A stretch of 64,000 bases of DNA, taken from assembly GCF_030028105.1 (NCBI RefSeq), contig NC_092377.1:99454865-99518864 (forward strand), in the 5' to 3' direction. Numbering within the stretch: the stretch's first letter is position 1; each line of letters starts with the position of its first letter. The DNA comes from Mobula birostris (taxonomy: Eukaryota). Below are positions 29,205-42,269 of the stretch, in pieces. The notes beneath the pieces are model-generated. The model was not told where the DNA came from. It did not search any database and saw nothing but the letters and a program-made list of their open reading frames with translations. A program made the position numbers and the translations under genes.

Positions 29205-30741
29205 CTTTATACTTTATACTTTATTGTTGCCAAACAATTGATACTAGAAAGTACAATCATCACAGCGATATTTGCTTCTGCACTTCCTGCTCCCTGGATT
29301 ACAAATATTAAATATTAAAAATATTAAAAATTTAAATTATAAATCATAAATAGAAAATAGAAAACTGGAAAGTAAGGTAGTGCAAAAAAACTGAGAGGCA
29401 GGTCCGGATATTTGGAGGGTACGGCCCAGATCCGGGTCAGGATCCGTTCAGCAGTCTTATCACAGTTGGAAAGAAGCTGTTCCCAAATCTGGCTGTACAA
29501 GTCTTCAAGCTCCTGAGCCTTCTCCCGGAGGGAAGAGGGACAAAAAGTGTGTTGGCTGGGTGGGTCGTGTCCTTGATTATCCTGACAGCACTGCTCCGAC
29601 AGCGTGCGGTGTAAAGTGAGTCCAAGGATGGAAGATTGGTTTGTGTGATGTGCTGCGCCATGTTCACCATCTTCTGCAGCTTTCTTCGGTCTTGGACAGG
29701 ACAACTTCCATACCAGGTTGTGATGCACCCTAGAAAAATGCTTTCTACGGTGCATCTATAAAAATTAGTGAGGGTTTTAGGGGACAGGCCAAATTTCTTT
29801 AGTTTTCTCAGGAAGTAAAGGTGCTGGTGGGCCTTCTTGGCAGTGAACTCTGCTTGGTTGGACCAAGTCAGGTCATTTGTGATATTGACCCCGAGGAACT
29901 TAAAGCTTTTGACCTGTTCCACTTGCGCACCACAAATGTAAATGGGGTTGTGCGGTCCACTACTCCTTCTAAAGCCAACAACCAATTCCTTCATCTTGCT
30001 GACGTTGAGGGATAGGTTATTGTCTTCGCACCATGCCACCAGGTTCTTAATTTCCTCTCTGTACTCAAACTCATCATTACCCGAGATACAGCCTACAATT
30101 GTTGTGTCATCAGCAAACTTATATATTAAGTTTGATGGAAACTTGGCTACACAATCATGGGTGCACAGTGAGTACAGCAGGGGGCTGAGTACACAGCCTT
30201 GTGGGGCACCGGTGCTCAGAGTGATTGTAGAGGAGAGCTTGTCCCCTATTTTTACAGCCTGGGTCGTGTCTGTGAGGAAGTTGAAGATCCAGCTGCAGAT
30301 CTGAGTGCTAAGGCCCAGGTTCCAGAGCTTAAGAATCAGTTTATTTGGAATGATGAAATTAAAGGCAGAGCTGTAGTCAATGAAAAGGAGCCTTACGTAT
30401 GTGTCTTTATTCTCCAGGTGTTCTAAGGAGGAATGTAGGGCCAGAGAGATGGTATCTGCCATTGACCTGTTGCTCCAGTGGGTGAATTACAAAGCATCGA
30501 GGTTGATTGGTAGGCTGTGGTTGATGTGTGCCATAACCAATCTCTCAAAGCACTTCATAGCAATTGATGTCAGAGCCACAGGTCAATCGTCATTCAGGCA
30601 TGCCACCTTGCTCTTCTTCGGCACTGGGATTATTGTTGCCTTCTTAAAACACGAAGGGATCTTAGACTGAAGCAAGGAGCAGTTGAAGATGTCAGCAAAC
30701 ACTCCAGCTAGCTCGCTTGCATAGGCCTGGAGAACCCATCC
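29205..30741 (-). mobile_element. Rex1/Babar-like LINE, young, 5'-truncated, nested in L1
   Basis: Open 341-aa RT ([27 protein letters not shown]); (TAAAGTA)n tail; the L1 frame WSPMT|LSLIG resumes at 30742. Confidence 0.88.
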
Positions 30742-33418
30742 TTATCATTAATAGGTCAAATTAATGCTATTAAAATGATAGTTTTACCGAAATTTTTATA
30801 TATATTTCAGGCAGTTCCTTCTTTTGTTCCTAAAATTTCTTCGACAGAATAGATTCTATAATCTTATCTTATATTTGGAACAATAAAATCCTAGATTGAG
30901 TAAACCATTATTGCAGAAATTAAAAAAGGATGGTGGTATGGCTTTGTCTAACCTTAGAATGTACTATTGGGCAATTAATATTCGATATATTACTTTTTGT
31001 ATTCACTATTCAGATATACATGAATGTCCTTCATGGTTGGATCTAGAGGTAAAAGTGGTGAAAGGATTCTCTTTGGCCTCTTTACTGGGAGTGCTTCTTC
31101 CCTTTTTGTTTTCTAAGATTAGCAGACAAGAATTTAATCCCATTATTAAACATACATTAAGAATTTGGTTTCAGTTTCGTAGATTTTTTGAGTTAAATAA
31201 TTTTATTCTTTCTAGTAATATCCATCTCAATTATGTTTTAAACCATCAATTTTAGATAAGGCCTTTTTAATTTGGAAAACCAAGGGAATAACTTTTTCAG
31301 ATTTGATTTTAGGGGACTGTTTAATGTCTTTTTCTCAGTTAGTGAATAAATATGATTTATCTAATGTACACTTTTTTAGATATTTACAAATTAGGATTTT
31401 TTACATGGTTTGTTACCAAATTACCCTCCTGCTTATCTACCTAATATGACAGATGTTCTCTTTCAGTTTAACCCATTTCAAAAAGGGTTGATAGCTATAA
31501 TCTATAAACGGTTATTGAGTTCACAAATTATGTCTAATGATAAAATTAAACGCGCTTGGGAATTGGAACTTCAAGAGTCATTTTCAGATAATCAATGGAG
31601 TAAAATTTTTCATTCGGCTAACAACTCATCTATTTTTGCCTGTCATTCCTTGATGCAGTTCAAGGTAGTGCACTGGGCCCATGTGTCAAAGGATAAACTA
31701 GCGCGTATTTTCTCTAATATTAATCCTATTTGTGGCAGATGTAATATTGAGCTGGCCACTTTAACTCATTTGTATTGGTCTTCTATAAAGCTAGATAACT
31801 TTTGGAGAGACGTTTTTAAAACACTATCAAAAGTTTTGGATCTGGATCTACAACCTAATTTGCTAACGTCAATTTTTGGGATTATCCCATCGGAAGCAGG
31901 AAATATTCTTGTTTCTGCTCAATGTATGATAGCTTGTTTGACCTTACTGGCTAGGAGAGCCATTTTATTGAAGTGGAAGGATTCTAATCCACCAACTGTC
32001 TTTTATTGGCTCTCCTCCATTTTGTCCTGTTTAAGTTTAGAGAAAATAAGAAGTGGGACATTTGATACATCCTTTAAATTTGAGCAAATATGGCAACCTT
32101 TTATCCAATATTTTCATTTAATTTGATTTATTACTCTTTCAATCTTTTGTTTCAAAGTCTTAGATTTGATCAGAAGGTCTTCCTTTCTTTCTTTTTGGTC
32201 GTATCCTCAAAATGGACTGCCCAGTTCCTCTTTTTTTTTGTTTTGTTTTGTTTTTTTTGTATAGTGTAGTGGGGGTTTCTTTTCTTTTCATTTAAAACCC
32301 AATGTTTTTTCCTTTCTCTTCATAAACTAGTAAGAGGAGAATTGTTATTTTCATTTTTTAAATTATATATCTTATACTAGTTTAACAATATCTATGATTT
32401 TGACAACGTCTATCTTAATCTTGGTTTATATTGTTACTGATATATATATTTGAACTAATTCTCCTATTGATTGTATTTATGCATTTTTAAAATCAATAAA
32501 AAGATTAATAGAGTAAAGTAAAGAATCATTGGGGGGAAGATGAAATATCAAAGCAAGTCAGCAAACAATATCAAGGTGGATAGAAAAAGCTTTTCAAGTA
32601 TATAAAAAAATAAGAGAGATGAGAGTGGATACTATTACAAGGGAGAAGGTGCTCAAAATGCTGAAAGACCTAAGGGTACACAAGTCTCCCAGATCAGATG
32701 GATTTTACCCGAGGGTTCTGAAAGAGGTAACAGTAGAGATTGTAGAGGCATTAGTAATGAACTTTCAAGAATCATTGGACTCTGGCATGGCTCCAGAGGA
32801 CTGGAAAATTGCAAATGTCACTCCACTCTGTAAGAAATAAGGGAGGCAGCAGAAAGGAAATTATAGGCCAGTTAGCCTTAGCTCAGCGGTTGGGAAGACA
32901 TTGGAGTCATTGCTAAATGTGATGTTATGGAGTACTTGGTGACACAGGACAGGATAGGACAAAGTCAGCATGGTTTCCTAAAGGGAAAACCATGCCTAAC
33001 GAAGCTGTCGGACTTCTTTGAAGAAATTACAAGTAGGATAGAGAAAGGGGATGCAGTGGATGTTATATATTTGGATTTTCAGAAGGCCTTTGACAAGGTG
33101 CCACACATAAGAATACTTACCAAGATAAGAACCCATAATATTACAGGAAAGTTACTAACATGGTTAAAGCATTGGCTAATTGGTAGGAGACAATGAGTAG
33201 GAATAAAATAATTCCTTTCTGGTGGCTGCCAGAGACCAGTGGTGTCCTGCAGGGGTCGGTGTTGGGAACACTTCTTTTTACACTGTATATAAATGATTTA
33301 GATGATGGAATAGATGGCTTTGTTGCCAAGTTTTCAGATGACACAAAGACTGGTGGAGGGGCAGATAGTGTTAAGGAAACAGGAGGGCTTCAGAAGGACT
33401 TAGACAGATTAAGAGAAT

Positions 33419-33840
33419 ACTTCATACTTTATTGTCACCAAACAATTGATACTAGAGCATACAACCATCACAGCAATATTTGATTCTGCACTCCGCGTTC
33501 CCTGGAGTACAAATCGATAGTAAATATTAAGAATTTAAATTATAAGTCATAAATAGAATAAATAAATAAAAAGAAAGCTGGTGGGCTTTCTTGGCAGTGC
33601 ACTCTGCTTGGTTGGACCAAGTCAGGTCATTTGTGATATTGACCCCAAGGAACCTAAAGCTGTTCCACTTGCGCACCACCAATGTAAATGGGGTCGTGCC
33701 GTCTGCTACTCCTTCTGAAGTCAACAACCAATTCCTTCGTCTTGCTGACGTTGAGGGATAGGTTATTGTCTTCGCACCATGCCACCAGATTCTTAATTTC
33801 CTCTCTGTACTCAAACTCATCATTATCCGCAATACGGCCT
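33419..33840 (-). mobile_element. Second copy of the same Rex1/Babar-like LINE, internally deleted
   Basis: Matches 29205-29360 and 29820-30090. Confidence 0.85.
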
Positions 33841-36544
33841 ATGGGCAAGAAAGTGCCAAATGAAATACAATGTTGGAAAATGCATGGTCAGGCATGCGCG
33901 TAGTGGAAATAATTGCACAGACTATCATCTAAATGGGGAGAAAATCCAACAATCCGAGATGCAAAGGGACTTGGGAGTTCTTGTGCAGAACACCCTAAAG
34001 GTTAAGTTACAGGTTGAGGCAGTGGCGAGGAAGGCAAATGTAATGTTAGCATTCATTTCAGAAGGTCTAGAATACAAAAGCAGGGACGTGATGCTGAGGC
34101 TTTATAAGTCACTGGTGAGACCTCACCTTGAGTACTGTGAACAGTTTGGGCTCCTCATCTAGGAAAAGATTGGCCATTGAATCAAAGGTTATGGAGAGAA
34201 GGCCAGGGAGTGGGCTGAGGAGGGAGAAAAAAAGGATCAGCCATGATTAAATGGCGGAGTAGACAAGAAGGGGCAAATGGCCTAATTCTGCTCTTATGTC
34301 TTATGTCTGACATTTCACACAGAAGGATATGTGGAGAAAGCTGTAGAGGTAGATATATTTACAATATGTAAAATACATCTGGACAGGTACATGGATAGGA
34401 AAGATCTGGAGTGCAGTGATCCAAATGAATGCAATTGGGTATAGTTGAGTTTGGCAGCTTGGTCAGCATGGATGAGTTGGGCCAAACCACTTAAAAACAG
34501 GAAAAAAGGGAGAGTAACCAAAATCCAGGAACAAATGCATCATGAACGGCAACGTCCAAAAAAGCAAGTCCACAGTCACGCTGATCAGTCCTGGCAACAT
34601 GGATCCCAAGCCCCTTCACTTTTCTCTGAAAGCAACAAGAGAGAGGGGAAGACCAGTCAAAACAGCAAATGGCACTGAACATCTGCCTGTTCTCTGCTCT
34701 TGTCTTTGTCAGCTTCAGGCTTGCTCGAAGACTCAATAAGAGAGAAACAATGGAGTCAATCATGGGCTCCAGGCTGTCAGGCCTCTAGGCCACATTCTCT
34801 GTCCCAAACCTCATCAAACTTCCTCACAGACACCAAAGTGCCAGATCACTCAATTGGCCCAAAAACACACCAAAGTGTAAATCACAGGTTCCAATCACAT
34901 ACGGCTTCGTAGTAGAATCATCTTTGAAGGTGGTAGTAAAGGAAGTAGTTTTGTGAACTGTTAGTGGGATGTTGCTGTTGATCACGTTGTTTGCTGGTGA
35001 CATGCTGGAGCAGCAATCAGGCCTGCTGTGGTGACCAGAACAGGACACACTGCACCAGTTCTGTGTTATCTGTGAGCTTGGAACCCAGCACCTATCCCCG
35101 CCATCTACCACTGATCACAGATATCTTGTCTCAGAAGCCACAGTCCACCATCACGCTTAGTGTCACAAGTCTATTGTTAATATGGTAACTGAGATGTTAT
35201 TTTTACAGTTGTACATGATGTTGGTGAGGCCACAACTAGAGTATTGGGTACAGTTTGGTTACAGTGTTATAGGAAGGACACCATTTACGTGGGGAGAGTG
35301 CAGAGGATTTATGAGAATATTGCCAGAAAAACAGAGACTGACCTTTAGGGTCAAGTTGGACAAGCAAGGACTTTATTCCATGGAGCACGGGAGACTGACT
35401 GGTGACCTTATTGAGCTGTATAAGAACACAAGTGGCACTGTGGTTGTTCTGTCATACTTCCTAGGGTAAGGGGTTGAAAGACGAGAGAAAATAGTTCAAG
35501 GTGAGAGGGGAAAGATTTAAATGGGATCTCAGTGACAGCCTACTGACGCAGGTGGTGGTGGCTACATGGAACAAGCTGTCAAAGGAATTGTTGAGGCTGA
35601 CACAATAACATTCAAACAGTATTTGGAAAAGTACATAGAAGTACAGAGATGGGTTTGGGGGCCAAATGTAGGCAAATGGGACTTCCTAGATGGATATCTT
35701 GATCAGCATAAATAGGATGGGTGCAATGGCCACCACCCCCCCCCCCCAGCAGTACTAATAACTACACATGCACATTGATCTGTTGTCCCTCTCTCTCCAA
35801 ATTGAGTACATCAGTTAAACTGACCTCCGCATGCATTCTTTTATTTAATTGATATGTAGTTCTACAGACACAACAAGTACAAAGGATCTTGGCAGTTCTC
35901 ATCTAGGATTCACTAAAGGTTAACATGCAGCTTGAGTGGTTGGTAAGGAAGGCAAATGGAATGTTAGAATTGATTTCAAGAGGAGTAGAATATAAAAACA
36001 AAGATGCAATGCCAAGATTGATTAGGCATTGGTCAGACCGTACTTGAAGTAATGTGAGCAGTTTTGGCCCATTTATCTAAGAAAGTATATGCTGGCACAG
36101 CCTCAGAACAGAGGAGCATCCATTTAGAACAGAGGTGAGAAAGAATTTCTTCAGCTAGAGGGTGGTGAATCTGTGGAATTCAATGCCACAGGTGCCTGTG
36201 GAGGCCAAGTCCAGACTGCAATGTCTTTCTCTTCAGTGAGTACAGCTGAGAACAATGTATTGCAGTCCATATCCTCTGGCCCACAGACAAGTTAACACTT
36301 TGATCCCTAATGCTGGGTGTGTACAGGCCTGTGTGCTCACTGCACAGTGTGGAGAGTTTTGTAGGTCTCTGTCCTTATGGTGAAGGACAATGTTGGAAAG
36401 TTCATTGTCCGAGTGGAACATTGCTGACTGTTTCCGGACAATGCAGTGTGGTGTGTTTTCATTGATTCCTGTCAGTTCTCTATTGGGATGTAGAGGTCAC
36501 ACGGTATCAGTTACCTGTCACTTTGTAAAAACATTTCTGCGGGC

Positions 36545-38134
36545 TTCCAAGTAAACTGGAATATTACCAATTATAGATTGAGTACAACCTTTAAGAGGAA
36601 ACAATTCACATTTGTGAATATTTAAACAGAGGCCCAAGGCTTTAGAAAAAAACGAAATACAATTTAAAGCCAATAAAATTTCTGAAACATCATTTAAGAA
36701 GAGTTGTATCATCTGCAACCTGACTAATCAGAAAAGAGGAGAGAAATTGTATTTGTAAGTCAAAGACCAAAGCATCTGTTTATGAAACTAAGATAAACGG
36801 AGAGGAACTTTGTCTATTTTGTAATTACATAAAAGAAAAAATTTCAATCCACCAACCTGGGAAAAGACAAAAGAAGGAATACAACTCCATATAGAAGTAG
36901 GATTACATTAAAAATTTTTAATCCAATAGACAAAGTTCCTTTCCGTTTATCTCAGTTTCATAAATAGATGCTTTTATCTTGGTCTTTGAGTTACAAACAC
37001 AATTTCTCTCCTCATAGTTATTTTATCTGGAATAACCACAACATAACTTATAAGAATAAATCTTTGTTTTATAAAGGTTGGTTTGATAATAATATTTTGT
37101 TAGTTTAACAGTTATTTAATTCAAGCAGTACTTTATTGAGTTATACTGAGTTTTTATCCACCTTTGAATTTCCTGTGACTCCAAAGGAATTTGCTGTTGT
37201 CATGGATGCAATTCCCTCTGGTGTAATTATGTTGTTTAGAAATATATCATATTCAGTAGTTGAATTACCCAGCTTGGATCCATCCAGTACAGCTGTAGGA
37301 AAGATTTGTTTTCCTCTGTCTTTTAAAAAAAATAACAGAAGCATTAAAAGTTTGTTTCAAAAACACATTACTTCTAATCCTACGGCTGCTAGTTTTTGGA
37401 ATAGTCGCTTGCGGAATCTGAGGTGGAGTATTTGGGGCTTATTTAATAAATTTTTATTGAGGAATAAAATTAAAGAAATTTCATTTAAAATTGTACATAA
37501 ATATTATCCAACCAATGTTTATTTGACAAGGTTTAATTCTGATATTCAAACTAACTGTTCTTTTTGTGGTTTATATCCAGAGGATTTATTTCATCTGTTT
37601 TGGGATTGTGAATATGTTAAAACATTTTGGTTTGATGTTTGTCAATTTATAGATCAATATATTAATTTGGATTTTACTTTTTGTTTTGAATATGTTTTAT
37701 TTGGGTTTACTAAATACCAAATCTCATAGGGATCATTTCTTTATCATAAATCTTTTGTTAATTTACAGCAAATTTTATATCCATAAATGCAAATACAGCA
37801 ATAAGAAACTTTCATTTATATTTTATACGTCAGACTTCAAACTATACATTAATATTCTGAAAACTTCCCATAACCAGAAAGCTGTAAAGATTATACAAAT
37901 TTGTCAACGTTTCAGGTTATTTCTGTAAATGTTTTTTGTTTTGTGACTCCTTTTAGATATAGTTCCTTCTGTCCAACAGTATTTAGAGTGGATTTTCTTT
38001 TTTGTTTGTATATTTAAAGTTAATAGTTATATAATTGCTGCTGCTTATGTTTGATTCCCTGGCTTTGTTAGCATATGTTTAGTATTTTTGTTTGTGTTCA
38101 ATAAAAATTAAAATTGATTAAAAATATTTTTAAA
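36545..38134 (+). mobile_element. Tx1-clade (L1 superfamily) LINE 3' part with 5' inversion
   Basis: Plus strand IDKVPFRLSQFHK...KHNFSPHSYFIWNN, FPVTPKEFAVVMDAIPSG, CSFC...HLFWDC, AATAAA 38100 and A-rich tail; minus strand ISQVADDTTL (about 36700-36730) and NPTSIWSCIPSFVFSQVGGL. Confidence 0.8.
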
Positions 38135-38200
38135 AAGTACACCAGCTACAAGTGAAACTCCACAGAGCGGTGACTAAACACAACGGCTCTTTTAACAGCT
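38135..38200 (+). pseudogene. 3' remnant of an H2B gene (KYTSYK* plus decayed stem-loop)
   Basis: AAG TAC ACC AGC TAC AAG TGA versus the intact H2B end AAG TAC ACC AGC TCC AAG TGA; similar 3'UTR, then CAAC-GGCTCT-TTTA-ACAGCT (38185-38200, 2 changes from the stem-loop). Confidence 0.88.
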
Positions 38201-39400
38201 ACTCGATGTCTCGATGAAAGAATTGCTCCAATATTTCAACAGTGAAATATAACAAACCATTTATTGGAATCTTCAGTTTGGAAATCATTGTAATTTATGT
38301 TGTTTACAGCTTGCGGTCCATCTGTCCGGTTCAATCCCGGGATCGCTCTCCCTACCCATTGGCCGAACACCGAGACTTTAACCTTGTCTAGATCAGCTCG
38401 GTTCGATTTTCAGACATACACACACAACTTTACACAAAACGCTTATTCTTGAGAGGCAGAATTTTGCTGTTGCGGGTTAATTGACGTTAGAGTGGTTTAT
38501 TACCCGCAGTTCGGTGTTTGGTAACTGTCCTGAACCCTGTTCTGAATCAGCTGAGATTCGCAATAGATTTACGGTCCTTTCACAAAACAACTTCACATCG
38601 CAGTCTCAACCCTGACCGCTGTTTCCGAGCCGTCCATAAGCTGATGCGTTTTAAATAATTTAAAAAAAGCTGTCATGTTCTATGAATCAGCATTTATTCC
38701 GATCCGTAATTCAATGAGTATCTCGAAGCGGAGAACTAACTTTCGGGGCTCTGCGGATGTGGTCTATGTATTATTTCTGGTTTTTTTTAATTATTTGCAC
38801 GATTCGTCCACTTTTGCACATTGGTTGTTTGTTGGTCTTTGTGGTTTTCCATGGATTCTATTGTGTTTCTTTATTTTGTGGGTGTCTGCAAGAAGTGAAC
38901 TTCAAGGTTGTATATGCTGTATAGAATTTGATAATAAATTTACTTTGAACATTAAACTTAATAAACACTGTCAATATTATAAATGGATCAGGGTCATGTG
39001 ACGGCTCCTATTCACACAGCTGTAATTATTTGCTTTCGGACTGTTCTATAGATTTATTTTCCTCTTGGCGGACTTTTCAAATTTCAGGATTTTCGGTTAG
39101 TTTTGGCGCTTGTCCTGTTGCCGCCCGTTCGCTGGTGATTGAGCTCTCTGATTGGCCTTTTTCACTCGCCAATCAGATTATTACCGCCAACCAACCGCCG
39201 CCCTGTATTCACGCCGGAAGCGGCGCTAACGGTTCAAAAAAATCCTAAACTTTAGGTAAAATGAGGCAATCTGTTAAAGTGGGCAAATAAATAGGTTTTA
39301 TTTATTTCAGAGGAAGAGATGCGCTTTAGACTGAATTCAAAACGCTTGTCTACGACAGACACTTTGAACGAAAATGCCCCGGACTCACCCAGTCGGTGCT

Positions 39401-39441
39401 CAGCCCTTCCACAGACAATCTGAGTGGCTCTGAAAAGAGCC
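39401..39441 (-). terminator. Histone 3' stem-loop and HDE of H2A
   Basis: Minus strand GGCTCT-TTTC-AGAGCC (39426-39441); GGAAGGGCTG (39401-39410). Confidence 0.95.
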
Positions 39442-39471
39442 TTTGGTTTTTAAATTGTCGCTTTTATCTCT

Positions 39472-40079
<608 letters not shown>

Positions 40080-40644
40080 AAAAGACTTCAAACTATATTT
40101 ATTATCAATGTATACTACATACAGCCTGAAGATTCATCTCCTTAGGATGAGCCACCAAACAAAGAGACATGATGGAACTCATTAAAAAAGATTGTCAAAC
40201 ACCCAATGTGCAAAAATGAACAAATCCTGCAAATTATAGAAAGTAAACAAATAATATTCAGAACTAAAGTTCATGAAAGTGAGTTCACAGTCACGAAGCC
40301 AGTCACAGCCGATACAGGATCCTGTTAGTTACAGACCACAGCCTTGGTTCTGCACGGGAATGAATAAACCTCACTGAGCAGCAAGCTGAACACCTTCCTG
40401 ACCCCCAGCCCCAACACCCTGACATTTTCAATTTGGCCTGGTGCTTCAATCGACCAAACACCAGCTTATTCCTGGCTCTCAGACCGGAGCCCTGCCGTCT
40501 CAGTTCAACACCAAACCACATCAAATAAAAAATAAAATTAAACAACAGACCAAAAGAAAGCAATTAGAAACCTCTCTGTGAACGTGGACTCCCTGCATGG
40601 TCAGTCACTGAATCCTGGTTACCGTCCAGGAGAATATGAATTCT

Positions 40645-41335
40645 CTGTGAAGATAGGAGAAGATGGCGGCGCGACGCAGCTTGCGCGGCCTCTCCGGTGA
40701 ATGATATCTGTAATCTGTCAAGTAGGGTGCTGTGCACAATCCTGATTTAATGGAGACAGACGTGACAGAATGGAGGAACATCTGGAGAAACTTCTGAAAT
40801 GCCTTTTTCGCTGCTGCTGTTACTGTGTGATCCAGAATCTCCGGCGGGGAAGGCCCCGAATCCTCGGCTTTGCTTGTTGCTCAGTGGTCGGGACGGGGTT
40901 GAAGCGCATGGCAGAGATGGTGCTTGGTGCTCGGTGTCAAGGGGCTGGTCGGAGGCTTGAAGTTTTCAGACAGACTCAGAGTCAGCTGTGGTCGGGTGCT
41001 TCCAATACTTCGACAGTTGTCAGTGCCTGGAGGTTTATGGCAGAGAGAGTTTCTCCCTTTTTCTGCCTGCTATTGGGGACTATCAGAAGTCAATGGGAAC
41101 TTTGAGACTTTTTTTTACTGTGCCTATGGGCTGTTCTTTATCAACTTATGGTATTGCTTTGCACTGCTGTAACTATATGTTATAATTATGTGGTCTTGTC
41201 AGTGTTAGTCTTTGGTTTGTCTTGTTTTTTGTGTGATATCACTGGAGGAACATTGTATCATTTCTTAATGCATGCATGCATTTCTAAATGACAATAAACG
41301 AGGACTGAGTGTCCTCATAATCTAATCTAATCTAA
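40645..41335 (+). mobile_element. Non-autonomous retroelement, apparently full length, YY1-like 5' motif, (ATCTA)n tail
   Basis: AAGATGGCGGC 40660-40670; no coding capacity; splits a sequence that is contiguous at 11080-11250. Confidence 0.7.
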
Positions 41336-42269
41336 ATTAATTCTACCATAACTGCCTCTGGGAATGTGTCCCTCTTTGTGAAAACACATCACATCATGGA
41401 AGATTCACTTCACAGTCTGTGGTGGAAGCACAGAAACAGTGATATGACAGTTAATTTATTCTGATGTAGGTTCAGGGCACCTAGGAAACAGTATAGTGGA
41501 GTAACCAAGAGGCATTCCCTTCATGTCTAGAACACGAACAACAGAAAGCTTACAAAAATCCCATGCAACCTCATCCACTGTCAATGGAAAAGTTCAATGG
41601 TACAAGTGTCTGAAGATGGAGACAAACTAATGGGGAAGAAGTGGAAGTTCCATGCTAGTGCAGGAACACGGGAATTTTCCCTGCCCCTTTTTCAAGGATA
41701 CATTTCTTGCCCGCTGTCCGTGGAGAGGGTGCCCGCCCCCCCCCCGCCCAGGGTACTGACTGTTTCATAGACAGTAATAACCATGTCTTAAACTGAGTAT
41801 ACTTACTGCCTTATAAATATTGAATGTCTGTACCTTGTGTATATGTGATGTAAATAAAGTTATATAGTTTTGTAAAAAAAAACAAAAATTTCACCAGTAC
41901 GGCTAAAACAAAAATACTGAAGCAGATGCAGAAAAGTATCTTCAAAATATTTAGACAAATCTTTCAAGCAAACGGTGTGTGATATCTAATAGAGTCAGTG
42001 GGTTTTCAGTTTGTTTTGTAGCACCCTGTGGAAATGCACTTGGAGCTGGTGTACTTGGCCACTGCCTTTGTCCCTTCTGAAATGGTGTGATTGGACAACT
42101 TCCCAAGCAGCATTAGCCACATGGCAGTTTAGATCTCCCAGGAGCTGATGGTGAACTGTTTCTTGTAATGGGCCAGGCAGGAAGCCTCACCTGTGATGTG
42201 TGTGAAAATCTCATACACGAATGTGTTCATGATGCACACGGCCTTGGAGGGGATGCTGGTGTCTCCAGA

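Larger units (their letters stand above)
24833..32519 (+). mobile_element. Full-length, decayed L1 (ORF1 about 24977-25830; ORF2 26477-32126)
   Basis: ORF1 DLESRNRRMNLRILGLPE; APE endonuclease IISWNLNG/QET/GDFN; RT YADD; CCHC-like CGRC...HLYWSS; A-rich tail; imperfect TSD AAAGAATCGTTA (24821-24832) / AAAGAATCATTG (32520-32531). Confidence 0.9.
24120..34310 (+). mobile_element. CR1-type LINE split by an L1 (24833-32519) and a Rex1 piece (33419-33840)
   Basis: Endonuclease/linker at 24120-24832 resumes at 32520 (KSP..DG.YPRVLKE, YLDFQKAFDKVPH, KFSDDTK) and runs to the 3' tail about 34310. Confidence 0.85.
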
